A DNA stretch of 64,000 bases from Alphaproteobacteria bacterium (lineage in GTDB: Bacteria > Pseudomonadota > Alphaproteobacteria > MPNO01 > UBA830): assembly GCA_964291215.2 (NCBI GenBank), contig OZ219790.1, forward strand, positions 1,312,001 to 1,376,000, in the 5' to 3' direction. This document shows positions 31,216-42,257 of this stretch, piece after piece. Position numbers and translations under genes: made by a program. Positions within the stretch are counted from its first letter, which is position 1; every line of letters begins with the position of its first letter. The notes under the pieces were generated by a model. It worked only from the letters and a program-made list of their open reading frames with translations. It was not told where the DNA came from and did no database searches.

Positions 31216-31242
31216 CCAGTGTATATTTACCAGTGTATATTT
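31216..31242. repeat. Tandem 13-bp direct repeat CCAGTGTATATTT
   Basis: Copies at 31216-31228 and 31230-31242, abutting the IS66 B TIR. Confidence 0.7.
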
Positions 31243-34200
31243 GTAACTGCTCACCCCCTGGTTCCGGCTTGATGTCGGGGTAGAGTAACGAACGGGTTTT
31301 CGTGAAGATTTGACACTGCAGGCCGATTCGTTTAGTGGTGGTAATCGAGAACGACGGGGACCGCCAGTGGGCTACTTTGGATCGAAGGCGACGAGCGGGC
31401 TGTGCCAGCTGCTTCCGGGGCTCCAGCCCCCGCATGATCTGTATGTGAAAACGCATCTCGGAGGCGGCGCGCTGATGAAGCGCAAGGCCGGGTGATGGCG
31501 ACGGGCGGCGCGCGAGGAGTTCGAAGCGGCCAAGACCGCGGCGCTGCCGGCAAGGTGGCGGAAGAGGCCGTGATCCGCGTCTTCGTCATCCTCATCGTCG
31601 TCCTTCTGGAGAAGACCACGCACGAGCCGGAACTCCGGTCTGCCGCCGTCACAGACGGACAAGGACGAGAGTGTGCCGGGAGCAACGGCGAGGGCCCGAA
31701 GCCGAACCGGCAGATGGGCGACAACCTGCGCAAGATCATCGTCGAGGAAACGGTTGCGGCCTGCGACGCCTGCGGCGCCGACATCGACGGCCCCGTCGAT
31801 CGGGAGCGCCGCACGACATCGTGTTCGAGGTCGTCGAGCGCCGCGCCGAGATCAAGGAATGCCCGAAGTGCAAGGCCCGGGGCCGGTTCCCCGACAACAT
31901 CCCGTGCAGTACGGCATCGGCATCCAGGCCCTCGTTATCAACCTGCTGGTCGCCCAGATGCTGTCCCTGCGCCGTGCCGTCGCGCTCGTGCAGGCGATAT
32001 CAAGCTCTCCGAGGCCTCGGCTATGCTTTCACGATGCGTCATGGGAGGAGGCCGCCGTGGCGCACCTCCTGCAACGCCCGATGTCGACGATTTCGGATCA
32101 ACAGCAAGTGGCTCCATGTCGTGGGACCCTGACGTGCAAGTTCCCGCACCGCAAGCGCGGCCGGGAGGCAAGAGATCGGCCCGTGCTACAAGGGCGTCCT
32201 GGGCCTCGTACATGGCAGTGTAGCTACCAGCTGTGCGGCAGCCACCTGCTGCGCGAACTGACCTTTGTCGTCGAGGCTACCGCGCGACTGATGAAGAGCC
32301 TGCTCCGCGAGGTCTGCCACAAGGTCAACAAGAGCGCATCCAAAACCCTGAACGACGCCGGGCGCAAGCGCTACCGCACCATCAGGGCGCCAGGGAACTG
32401 CCCGACATCCCGACGAAAGGAAAACGTGGACGCAAACGCGCACAACCTGCACGAACGTCTCGTGAAACACGAAAACCTGCGCTTCACAGGCGACCATCGC
32501 GGTAGGGAACCGGGTTACCCCCCGCACAGAACCGGACGTGCGCTGTTCGCTCCTCCCCTGACGACAAGGCGCTGGTTTGGCCACGGGCTCAGTGGGCAGC
32601 GGTGAGGGTGTCTATGTCCCCGGTGAAGTCCTTTTGGGAGCGTCGCCGAAGGGCACGCAGCTGTTTGCATTGGTGTATGAACTTCTGCAGGCTGCTTCCT
32701 GGAACGGCGTAGTAGCAGCCGTTGATAACTCACCACTTGGCCGTTTCGTGCCGGTTATCGTGCCACCGCCTGCGCAAGGCCTCCTTGATCCGCCGCAGGG
32801 TGCCCGTTTGCGACCGACCCTGAACCTGCCTTTCCTCGTCTGTTCGCAGAAGTGCGTCATGCCGAGGAAGTCGAACGTCTTGTCCACGCTTCCGGCGGTT
32901 CGCTCTGGCAAACCGACCGAACTCGATGATTTTCCGGGTGCAGTTCAAGTGGGCCAGTCTCTCCCCAAGGTCTCAGCGCCGCCCAGATGCTGAAAGCCGC
33001 ACACGAAGTCGTCCGCATAATGATCGTGTCGCCTCCAGCCATCCGCTTGCGCCAGTGGTTCTGGAACCAGTCGTACGTAGTGCAGGTTCGCAAGGCATGG
33101 CGCCGCCCCTTGCGGTGTTCCCTTGCCAGTCGGTCCCTTCCATGACGCCGGCGTCACTTGATGATCAGACCCCCCGATCCGTTTCCCGAGCATCGCAACC
33201 AGATGGTCGCGGTTGTCGAAGGGGCGTCAACGATCCAGTTGACCTTCCGCCGTTCCACCGTGACGGCGCATGATGCGCCCCGGCCGGAAGCCGTAACTAA
33301 ACCCGAGGAACTCCGTCTCGCGGCACCAGAATCACACCGCCCGCTGAAGAATCTTGTCCTCCAGCGAGGCAAGTTGCCCTCCATCCTCCTTGGGTATGTA
33401 AACCCTGGAGGCGCCCGGTACGCACCCCTGTGCACACGGGCGTGCAGGCAGTTCCACACCCTCCGCGTACGCTTGCCACACAACGCCCCGCCGCCGCGTC
33501 CTTCCTCAAGGAATGGAACGCATCGTGCAGAACGTCGACCGTCACGTGGTGGAGTAAAGACGCTCTTCCGGGTTCCTCTTCGCTACCTGCGTTCAGCCGC
33601 CTGTGACCCCCGCTTCTGCGCGCGGCGCGGGCCAACCGCATTGCCCTTCCCTCCAACAACTCCGCAGGCTCCGAAGAACCCTTGTTCGCCGCCTTCAGCG
33701 GTACTATGGCCGAATCTGACTTCTCGTTCATCATCGGCTTACGGAATTTCCTCTGCGGCCCCTCCACGACAGAGGGGCAAGACCTCCCAGGTCCCTGCCT
33801 CGGCCATGGTTCTCGGACCCCGCGGAGCCCCCCTCACCAACGCGGCTCGTTGCCTTCGGCCACGACCTCGGCACTCCGGTTTCAAAGCATCTCGTGGCTC
33901 AATAGCCTGCCGCTCCCCAACGCTTCGCCTCACGACGCATGGTTCACGGAGAAATTAGCCTCTCTCGGGACTTGCACCCGGCCACATTCCACCAGTTTGC
34001 CTGGCGCACCCGACGTCAGCTTCACCAACAATGCCGGAGAACAGAAGATCAGGATGGCAAAGCTCAAGGTGTCCGGATGCTTCCGCTCCACGCAAAAGCT
34101 TGGTGCCGGGGCTCAAGCTACCTCACCTCCATGGCCGCACTCGGCTACAATCATCACGTCGCAACCCAGATCGCCCTCGACGGAAAAGCCGCAGACATCA

Positions 34201-34249
34201 TCAACGAGCACTACGACCAATCAGAACCCAACTAGGGGTGAGTAGATAC
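31243..34249 (+). mobile_element. IS66-family copy B, eroded; near-identical direct repeat of copy A
   Basis: TIRs GTAACTGCTCACCCC / GGGGTGAGTAGATAC; same content as A. Confidence 0.88.
32496..34009 (-). mobile_element. Group II intron copy B (eroded), same insertion site as copy A
   Basis: Same 5' GTGCG and 3' ACCGCGAT ends; YADDF. Confidence 0.9.
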
Positions 34250-34269
34250 GTTTTGTGCATGCTGCGGGG

Positions 34270-36176
34270 ATGCAGATTGGTCTTCGTCATTTCGATTCGC
34301 TTGCCTGGTGCGCTGCGCTCCGACGACCCGTCACGGTCTGGCCCGCGAGCTGTGCGAGCGCACCGGTTGGCAGAATTCCTGCGGCCGGCCTGTCGGCGGC
34401 GGCGTTGCCGACGCTGGCGAAGCGCTCAGGTCTTGAGCTTCCGCTGCCGTGCGACATCCGAGCGCCGGCCCCGCCGTCCCGGCCGAAGAGGTTCCCGACA
34501 CCAGGGCAGCCTGCCCGCTGGAGGATCTCGGCCCGACCTCGCCCGGACGCCGATGATCGTCGGCTCCGGGAAGCGATGATGGCGATGCACCATCCGCCGG
34601 GATGGGCGGGCAGGTGCGCTATTGGATCCGCCGCTGCGGCGGGATCGGATCCGCGACCTGGCAGCTGCGGGCGCGGGACGAGTGGATGGTCCGCCGACGC
34701 CCGCGCCGCCAACATCAGGTGCGTGATCTGCAATCATCGGTTTCTTCCCGGCGTCCGGGTCCACGGCCTCTGCGCATGGCCGCGCAGCGGGCAGCCGACG
34801 ACCGGGAAGCTCGCGGTGCGCCCGGCGGCGGCCTGCACCCATGTCCGCCCGGAGCAGCTACTGCTATCATTGCGCCGGCCGTTGCCGGGCGAGGCCGGCA
34901 CGGTGCGGGTCCTGGCTGGCGGAAGAGGCAGGACGCAGCGGCGCCCGGTCGGCGCGCTGGCGGGCGCCTGTGACGGCACCGATGCGGACTGGGCGGAGCG
35001 GGAGTATGGGCGCACGCGCTGCAGCGACGGGCGGCGGCGCATCATTGACATGGGCGAAGAACATGGGGGAGGATCTGCCGGTCATCTTTCCGGAGAAGGC
35101 GGAGCAGAAGGCCGCCTGCCGGTTGCTGTCGAACCCGAGGATATCCATGTTCTGGAATCGCATTTCGAGGCGACCGCTGCCGGACGGAGCCTTTCATCCT
35201 TGCAGAACACGACGGCGATCAACTGCACCGGACTGACGGCGGGCCTGGAGAGGATCGGCGGCAAGGGCAGCGCCGGCATCCTTGCCGGGTTGGCAGTGAC
35301 GCCGGAGGGCCGGCCTCCGGGCCTGTTCGCGGCGGCCTTCCGGAAAGAGCCCGGGGAAGACAGCCGGCGCGGGCGGGGGAGCTCGCGGCGGCCTGCCCGG
35401 ATGTGCGTGTGGCTGCGACCGCGACTTGCTCGCCTGCGCCGTGAAGGACGGAAACGCATTGCTGGTGCGCGCGAGCCGCGAAACAGTGTGTGCGAACGGG
35501 CGGCAAAGAGTGCCTTTGGAAGCATGTCGCGGCCCGCCCGCGGTCACGGAACTGACAATCCCGGCCGCCCGCGTGCGCGCAAGGAACGCATCGCCCGCCT
35601 CGAGATCCGCACGGCGGAAGTCGAGGTGACGCCGCCGGAACCGCGGTGCGGAGCCGCTGCCCATGTTTGCCGTCTCGGCGACCGACGGCGACCCCTGGCT
35701 GCTTCTGACGACCGAGCGGCCGGCCGACGCCGTGCACGCCGCGACCGGCTGGTGAGATGGAGCATCGAGACATGGTGCTGAAAACCGGGACCCGGATCAA
35801 GGACCGCCGGCTCGACAACGCCGCCGACCTTCGCAAGTGCCTCGCCTTCGACGCGGTCACCGCCGTCCATGTCCTGACCGTCCTCGTTCGCCCCGAGACC
35901 CCGGCGACCAAAGTGTTTCAGGAAGAGGACCTCGACCTTCTCTCCACGCTGCTCGAGGCGCAGGGGCACCGGAACGTCGTGCGGTCGGGCACGGCACGAC
36001 ATCAGGGCGGCAGTCATCGACATCGGGCGCCTTGTCGGCTTTCATCCCTCGCTGAGGCAGCCGCTCCCGGGAACGAAAAAGGTCTGGCAGGGTCTTGAGC
36101 GGCTGCACTGGGCCATCCAGGTCCGAGACGCTATCGGCGAGAAAAAGCGGGAATAGGATTGCCTATACAAGTGCGG
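34270..36176 (+). mobile_element. IS4-family (IS50/Tn5-like) element with N-terminal DUF4338, degraded
   Basis: DUF4338 fragments GQVRYWI, LRARDEW..WSADARAANI..VICNHRFL; transposase DWAEREYG, LAVTPEGRP, RWSIETW..LKTGTRIKDRRL, PLPG..KVWQG. Confidence 0.8.
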
Positions 36177-36480
36177 GACGTTGAAAGACTACGGTCCCCC
36201 GCACTGCAGCTGCTTGCGGGTCAGTTCGGCGAACTATCGCTCGACCTGGTTGATCCAGGACGCAGAGGTTGGTGTGAAGTGGACGTGCCAGTGCGTCCGC
36301 CGCGCCAGCCAGGCTTTGACCGTCGCGGTCTTGTGGGTGGCGTAGTTGTCCATGACGATGTGGATATCCAGCCCCTCGGGGACGGAGCGGTCGATCTCCT
36401 TGAGAAACTCCCTGGCCCGGTGGCGCCGGTAGCACATGCCGATCACCGAGCCCGTGACGATATTGTAACGTCGCGCTGTA
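36177..36480 (-). pseudogene. IS630-family transposase remnant (second type)
   Basis: IGMCYRRHRAREF, IVMDNYATHK, HFTPTSASWINQVER. Confidence 0.8.
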
Positions 36481-36506
36481 GTTGTTCTCCATCGGAGGCG
36501 GCATAG

Positions 36507-36746
36507 ATGGCCACTGATAACTACAATTTCGTGGGTGATCCGGAACCGAACCGATGGCGCGTTTTTGCGAGCGTGTGTGGTTGGATCGTGGCCCCGTGGT
36601 TTATGATCCTACTGTGGTTTATTGGCGGCCCTGAACTTCGAAAGAATGTAGCTGATGGTTTCCGAGTGGTGGTGGGGTTGTTGGCCTTATTGTTCGTTGT
36701 TGCGGTCATAGCGGCCCCGGGAAGTGCCGTTTTCAGCGCGCCGTGA
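36507..36746 (+). CDS. Small two-helix membrane protein, hypothetical
   Basis: 79 aa, GGAGG RBS, two hydrophobic segments, lower GC. Confidence 0.55.
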   Translation: MATDNYNFVGDPEPNRWRVFASVCGWIVAPWFMILLWFIGGPELRKNVADGFRVVVGLLALLFVVAVIAAPGSAVFSAP

Positions 36747-36892
36747 GGCGATGGACCGGCCGAAGCCCGGTCAGCCCGTACGGTCGAGAAACGCGCGCGG
36801 CGACCATATCTCGACCGGCCCGTAGCGCGGTTCCGTGAAGTCCCGCTCTCACTCCCGTATGCGCCGCAGTGAGATTCGAACTTGCCTGCATG

Positions 36893-37203
36893 ATCGGGAT
36901 AGGGTGGAGCCTCACGGCTCCACCCCTCCCACACCACCGTGCATACGGGTCCGTACACAGCGGTTCGACGGATTTAAGCTGCGGCACGGCATCGCAGGGT
37001 GGCGAGGTCGAGCCTGTCGAAGAAGGCATTGGGTAGCGCGTATGCGAGCGCGGGGCTGTTGCTGAGCCGCCATGGGCCGTGGGCACTGCCGGCGGTTTTC
37101 GCCGCTAGGTCCTTGCCCACACCGAGACGGCGTAGCGCCGCAAAGCGGGTCCGCCCGCGCTTCCACTGCATCCAGACGATGGCGCGGAGCCGCCGTCTGA
37201 CCC
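36893..37203 (-). mobile_element. Group IIC intron 3' remnant (maturase C-terminus, D5/D6), cut by IS256
   Basis: D5 GAACCGCTGTGTACGGACCCGTATGCACGGTGGTG, end CCTATCCCGAT; RRRLRAIVWMQWKRG..GPWRLSNSPAL. Confidence 0.88.
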
Positions 37204-37710
37204 GATTACGCAACCTGATGTCTGGAAATTGTCGTGAAGCTGATCGAGCTGTTTCCATTTGATGTATGCCTTGGTTTCGGTTTCCCATTTTTCCTCGACG
37301 AGGACTGCGGTTGAGAGACGCTCCAACGAGGCGAGGTTCGGAAAGACCCTGACTTTGGCGGTGCGCCGCTTGAGTTCTTGCTGGATCGGTCGCTCGATGC
37401 CGTTCAAGGTTCGCATACGCTTGTGGTGAGCATCGGGCAAGGTGAAGACAGCGAGCCCCGCATTGTTTTCCAGCCAGGAAGCCTGGATGCTTGTCGCGAT
37501 AGCTGGCCACGAGGGCGCCCGGTTCAGCCTCGGCGAACTGGAGTGAGGAGGCGTGGCTCCGAGCTGTTTTCCAATACGTTTCCTGATGTCGTTGTTCGGT
37601 GCACGGCGTTTTGTGCCAGGTGGAACTGGCAGCGCTGCCACATCGCCGCGCCTAGCACCGCGCCGCTTTCAGCCCGGCATCCGAGACGATGAAGGTCGTA
37701 CCATGCAGGG
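37204..37710 (-). mobile_element. IS256 3' fragment, same family as 1966-7411
   Basis: Highly similar to 1966-2230 plus 5204-5450 and lacks the IS1595 insertion. Confidence 0.88.
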
Positions 37711-37789
37711 CTAGCCCGAAGTTCCAGAAAATTCCGGCTGAAATGCACGTCAAGTCGTAACTGCTCGCCCCTGCTAATCATTGATCGCC

Positions 37790-38424
37790 TTTTCTGATGG
37801 CGTTCGCATCCAGGAACTCGCCGCCGATCCGGTCCTCGACGCTCTTCCGTCCCGGGAGAAGCACTGGCTCGACATCCTGCGCATGATCGCCTACCGCGCC
37901 GAAACCCGGAGGATGACGGCCGCGGCGAAGGAGCAGGGCAGGAAACCGCGCCCGCGAAGACCCCTCCGCGCCCTCCTGCAGGCCACGGTGATTCCATGCT
38001 GATTCCGAGACGCGAAATCCGAATGTGTCGGGGCTCGCGTTATCACGGATCGCCCCTTGATCGCAATTTTTCGCGCCGAGAAAGTCTCATTGAGCCTTGG
38101 CGGCACGATTGCAGCGCGACGCAGACCGAAAAATCTCGCCGGTCGCCGCTGGATTAGCGGCGTGGGATCGCCGTGGCCTGCAGGCCGACGCTGAAATCCT
38201 CTCCGAACTCGAACCGGGGTCCTCCGGGTGCGCATCCCCGGATCCGCCTGCAACGCCGGCGATGCCGCCATCGTGGGGCTGCTGAAGGAATTCAACAAAA
38301 CCGGTACCTGCGTTCTCGGAACCGAACTCCGCATGGTCTACGATCTGCCTCCGAAGCCCGCCTGAGCGGCCGCCGGAGGGCCATGGTTCTTGCCTGCCAA
38401 TTCTCCCGAGGTCAGGACATCTGA
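37790..38424 (+). pseudogene. Putative transposase C-terminal remnant, split by the MITE
   Basis: LDILRMIAYRAET..RALLQA|DAEI..LRVRI..GTELRMVYDL; a similar end (RTGLRMIYEL, CCGAGGTCAGGA) occurs at 7444-7510 (-). Confidence 0.55.
37983..38176. mobile_element. MITE copy 2 (194 bp)
   Basis: TIRs CCACGGTGATTCCA / TGGGATCGCCGTGG; 8-bp TSD CCTGCAGG (37975-82, 38177-84). Confidence 0.85.
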
Positions 38425-38830
38425 AGCTGCACTGCCGAACTCCTCAGCCGGCACGATGGAACCCGCGCCGCGGGCTCGACACCGCGTTGCTGACCCGGCG
38501 CCACCGGCCGGAAAGCAAGACCGGCCGAAGACCAGAACGGTTCTTGCCCACCGGAACCCGCACCTCCGGTTCCCGGCAATGGGCCAGGGAAGGGGACAAG
38601 AAAAGATGCTTGGCCCGAACGCCGTCAGGAACGGCAATTTATGACCAGCAGGGATGAGCAGTTACTCAATGAGTTGAATTTGAATTACGTGATATGTCTT
38701 CATGTCGAGATCAGATGTTTTCGACCCCGTGCGCCCGTTTGTCCACTTGTGAAGGCCGGGGTGCAACCATTTCGTCAATGTTCCCTATTTGTTTTATGGG
38801 GCCGTGGAACTGTCGAGCCTGCGCAGGAGA

Positions 38831-39236
38831 TCAGGGAACGCGGCGTCCGGCCACGCCATCGGCGGGTAGGGTAAGGGGAGACGCAAACGACCTTTCCGCG
38901 CTCAAGGTAACGGCGCTGGCGCACGACGACATGGCGGATCTGCGCCACAGAATGCGCATGCCCCGAACAACCGCCAAGTGTATGTCCACCTCGCCGACGA
39001 TCTGCAGCATGGCGCTTCCAGGCGAACCGCCGCGTCCCTCAAGCAGGTCATGGGCCGTAGCGCGAGCGCCGGTTTCCTCCACCCGCGCTTCGCACCTCCC
39101 GATCACTCCCCGGCCAAGCCGCGCGGCACGAACTCGCGCCAGCCGCTGGCGGCCGCCCGCCCCGGGAGACGCGCTCCCATTCCCCGTCGGTCACCATCAC
39201 CGCGCGCTGGCGCCGCCCTTCTTCTCCGCCGCTCAT
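38831..39236 (-). pseudogene. Small hypothetical gene, frameshifted
   Basis: RQRAVMVTDGEWERV (RHH-like start) continuing in the 38831-39106 frame. Confidence 0.35.
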
Positions 39237-39429
39237 GGCCGCCAGACGACCGAAACGACAGTCACATCCGGAAACACACGGCTATCCTTTCATGACACGT
39301 AACTACTTTCCCCTTGGTTTCGGCTTGCTTTGGTCGTTATTTCCCGAGAACCTTCCCGAGCGGGCCACGGTTTCGTGACAGCGGGTTGACACCGCAGACC
39401 GCGCCGGCTACGTAGTTTCGTCGCTTCAG

Positions 39430-40081
39430 ACGGGGCTTCTATTTCGGATCAAAGGCGACGAACGGTCTGTGCCAGATGCTTCTGGGCCTCCAGCCCCCGC
39501 ATTGTGCTTATGTCGAAACGCACTTGGGAGGCGGGGCTCTGATGAAGCGCAAGGCCGCTGCGGCGCGCAGCATCGGGATCGACCGCGACCGGCGTGTGCT
39601 TGACGGGTTCGAGTGCAGCTACCCTGTGGAGCTTGTTCACGGCTGCGCCCACGCGTTTCTGGCCGGCTTCCCGTTCCAGGGCGCGGACCTGGTCTACAGC
39701 GACCCATCTGCGCGCGACCCGCCGATCGCGACGGCGGTACCGCCACGACTACACCGAGGCCGACCATGTCGCTCTCCTCGACCTGCTCAAGGTCCTGCCG
39801 TGCCAGGTGATGGTCTCGGGACACCCCTCGGCGCTGTATGACGACATGCTGCGGGACTGGCGCCGGATCGCGCTTCAGGTGACGACCCGGGGCCAGGTCC
39901 GCACCGAGATGGTCTGGTTCAACTTCGCGCCCGACCGGATGCACTGGGCCGGCCATGCCGGGCGGGACAGGACCGACCGCCAGCGCATCAAGCGCAAGGC
40001 CGCCCGCTGGGCTACAAGAAGATGCCGCCGGGCGAGCGCCTCGCGGTGGTCTCTGCGATCATGGCGGCGGAGGCGGAGTGA
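39430..40081 (+). pseudogene. D12-class (Dam-like) DNA adenine methyltransferase, frameshifted
   Basis: YFGSK, PPH..YVETHLGGG, IGID, LVYSDP (eroded DPPY), YTEADH..LL, VMVSG..LYD, RTEMVWFNF; stop overlaps the transposase ATG. Confidence 0.75.
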
Positions 40082-41507
40082 TGCCAACGGTGAACGGGGC
40101 ATCGCTGCGCGCGGAACTCGATGACGCGAAGGCCCGGATCACCACGCTGCGCGCGGACGGCAAGGTGTCCGAAGAGGTCGACGCCGTGATCGGGGTCCTG
40201 CTGCCGGGCATCCTGGTGGCGGTGTTCCTCGAGAAGGCCACGCCGAAGACCTCGCGCAACTCCGGCCTCCCGCCGTCGCAGACCGCGCGGCGCGCCGGCA
40301 AAGGCTCCCGCGGCAAGGGACCGAAGGCGAGGGAGACGGCATCGGGCAACCTGCGCACGGTCACCGTCATCGGGTCCAGCCCGGTCACCGAGTGCCGGCA
40401 ATGCGGCCATGACCTGTCCGCAACCGTGTGCGCCGGACACGAGGAGCGTGTCGAGATCGACATCGTCTTCGAGACCGTCGAGCGCCGGGTCGAGGCCGAG
40501 ATCAAGGACTGCCCGCGCTGCCGCGCCCGGAACAAGGGCGCGTTCCCCGACACCATGCCGGGGCCGCTCCAGTATGGACCCGGCATCGTTGCCTGTGCCG
40601 TGCACCTGCTCTGCGCGCAGATGGTCCCGTTCAAGCGCACCGCAGCCATGATCCGGGCGATGACCGGACGGCTGCTCTCCGAGGCCACGCTTCTCGGCTT
40701 CGTCTCGCGCCTGCATCAGGCGCTGGAACCATGGGAGGCCGCCACGACCGGGAAACTCCTCGCCATGCCCGTGCTGAACGTCGACGAAACCTCGCTGCGG
40801 GTGGACGGAAAGAACCACTGGATCCACGTCTGCTCCGGCGGACCGGTCACCGTCAAGCGGCTGCACCGCAAGCGCGGATGCGAGGCCATCGACGACATCG
40901 GCATCATCCCACGCTACCCAGGCGTCATCGTCCACGACTGCTGGAACTCACCTACGCACACTGCAAGCATCAGCTGTGCGGCGCCCATCTGTTGCGCGAG
41001 CTTCAGGCCGTGACCGACAGCAACGGCTGGCCGTGGGCGCAGAGAATGCGCAGGCTTATCGCGCGCCGGCAGGTCATGCGGCGGCCGGACAGGCGCCTCT
41101 CCATGCGCCAGTACAGGCGAATCGCACGATGCTACAGGGAGATCCTGGAGCAGGGCCGAAAGGAAATGCCCGAGATCCCGAAAAGAGAAAAAGGCCGCCG
41201 GGGACCGGTCGCCAAGTCCGATGCCCACAACCTTCTCGAACGCCTCGCCGCCCAGAGACGGAACGTCCTGCGCTTCTCAAGGCGGGCCGACACACCGTTC
41301 TTCAACAATCGCGCTGAACGAGACTTCCGGATGGCCAAGGTCAAGCAGAAGGTCTCCGGCTGCTTCCGAACCATCGCCTGCGCAAACGCCTGGTGCCGCA
41401 TATCAAGCTACCTCCGGACAATGGCGGCACTCGGATACAACCCGCTCGTCACCATCAACATCGCCCTTCAGGAAAAGGCCGTTGACTGTCTCAATCAACT
41501 CGAATAA
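40081..41507 (+). pseudogene. IS66 transposase (frameshift near 40945)
   Basis: KTSRNSGLPPS, CRQC..CPRC, QYGP, VDETS, VHDCW, HQLCGAHLLREL, PFFNNRAERDFRMAKVKQKVSGCFR. Confidence 0.9.
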
Positions 41508-41686
41508 TATCGGGGCAAGTAGTTACCTTGGACGCTGCATTCGAGGATTGGGCGAAAAGCTTGGACGACCGGGAGTGAGCCGCCCTCCAGCATTGCCCGC
41601 CGCCACCTCTTCCTGACGCGCCGTTCTGTCCGGAACCGCCTGCGCCGAGCGGATTTCTCCGACGCTGAAGCCAGAAGGGACCCGCC

Positions 41687-42244
41687 ATGACTCTCCTCGT
41701 TGCCGGACTCGCGCTTTTCATCGTCCTGCACCTGGTTCCGAGCGTTCCCCCCCTTCGCGCTGGCCTTGTCGCCGGTATGGGAGAGAAGCGGTATCGCGGC
41801 GCGTTCTCGGGCCTCGCGCTCCTGGCCCTCGTAATGATCGTGTGGGGCTATTCGGCGGCTCCGTTCGAGCCGGTCTATTCGCCTCCGGACTGGGGGCGGC
41901 AGGCAACGATGTGGCTGGTGCCGGCGGCGTTCGTGCTGTTTGCGGCGGCCAATATGCCGACGCACATCCGGTCCGTCGTCCAGCACCCCATGCTGCTCGG
42001 GCTCCTTCTCTGGGCGCTCGCCCATCTGGCAGCGAACGGCGACCTGCGCTCGCTCATGCTCTTCGGGGGCCTGGCGGGATTCTCCGTGGCGGCGGCGGTG
42101 AGCGCCGTAGCGCGCGGCAAACGGCCCCCCGCCGACAGGAAGCCGCGCCTCGCGATGGATGCGGCGGCGCTTGCGTCGGGGCTCGTCGCCGCTGCCGTCT
42201 TCGCATATTTCCACGCCGCATTGTTCGGCGTGCCGGTGCTGTAG
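41687..42244 (+). CDS. NnrU-family membrane protein
   Basis: GLALFIVLH..P..RA..G..YRG.FS; HPMLLG..LWALAHLAANGD. Confidence 0.85.
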   Translation: MTLLVAGLALFIVLHLVPSVPPLRAGLVAGMGEKRYRGAFSGLALLALVMIVWGYSAAPFEPVYSPPDWGRQATMWLVPAAFVLFAAANMPTHIRSVVQHPMLLGLLLWALAHLAANGDLRSLMLFGGLAGFSVAAAVSAVARGKRPPADRKPRLAMDAAALASGLVAAAVFAYFHAALFGVPVL

Positions 42245-42257
42245 GGCCCTTTCCGGG

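Larger units (their letters stand above)
39299..41526 (+). mobile_element. IS66-family copy C: Dam-like MTase passenger plus transposase; no TnpA/TnpB accessory ORFs
   Basis: TIRs GTAACTACTTTCCCC / GGGGCAAGTAGTTAC. Confidence 0.9.

Noticed and set aside
34255-35781. 508-aa ORF as an intact protein
   Set aside because: A mosaic of in-frame and out-of-frame pieces of the eroded DUF4338-IS4 gene.
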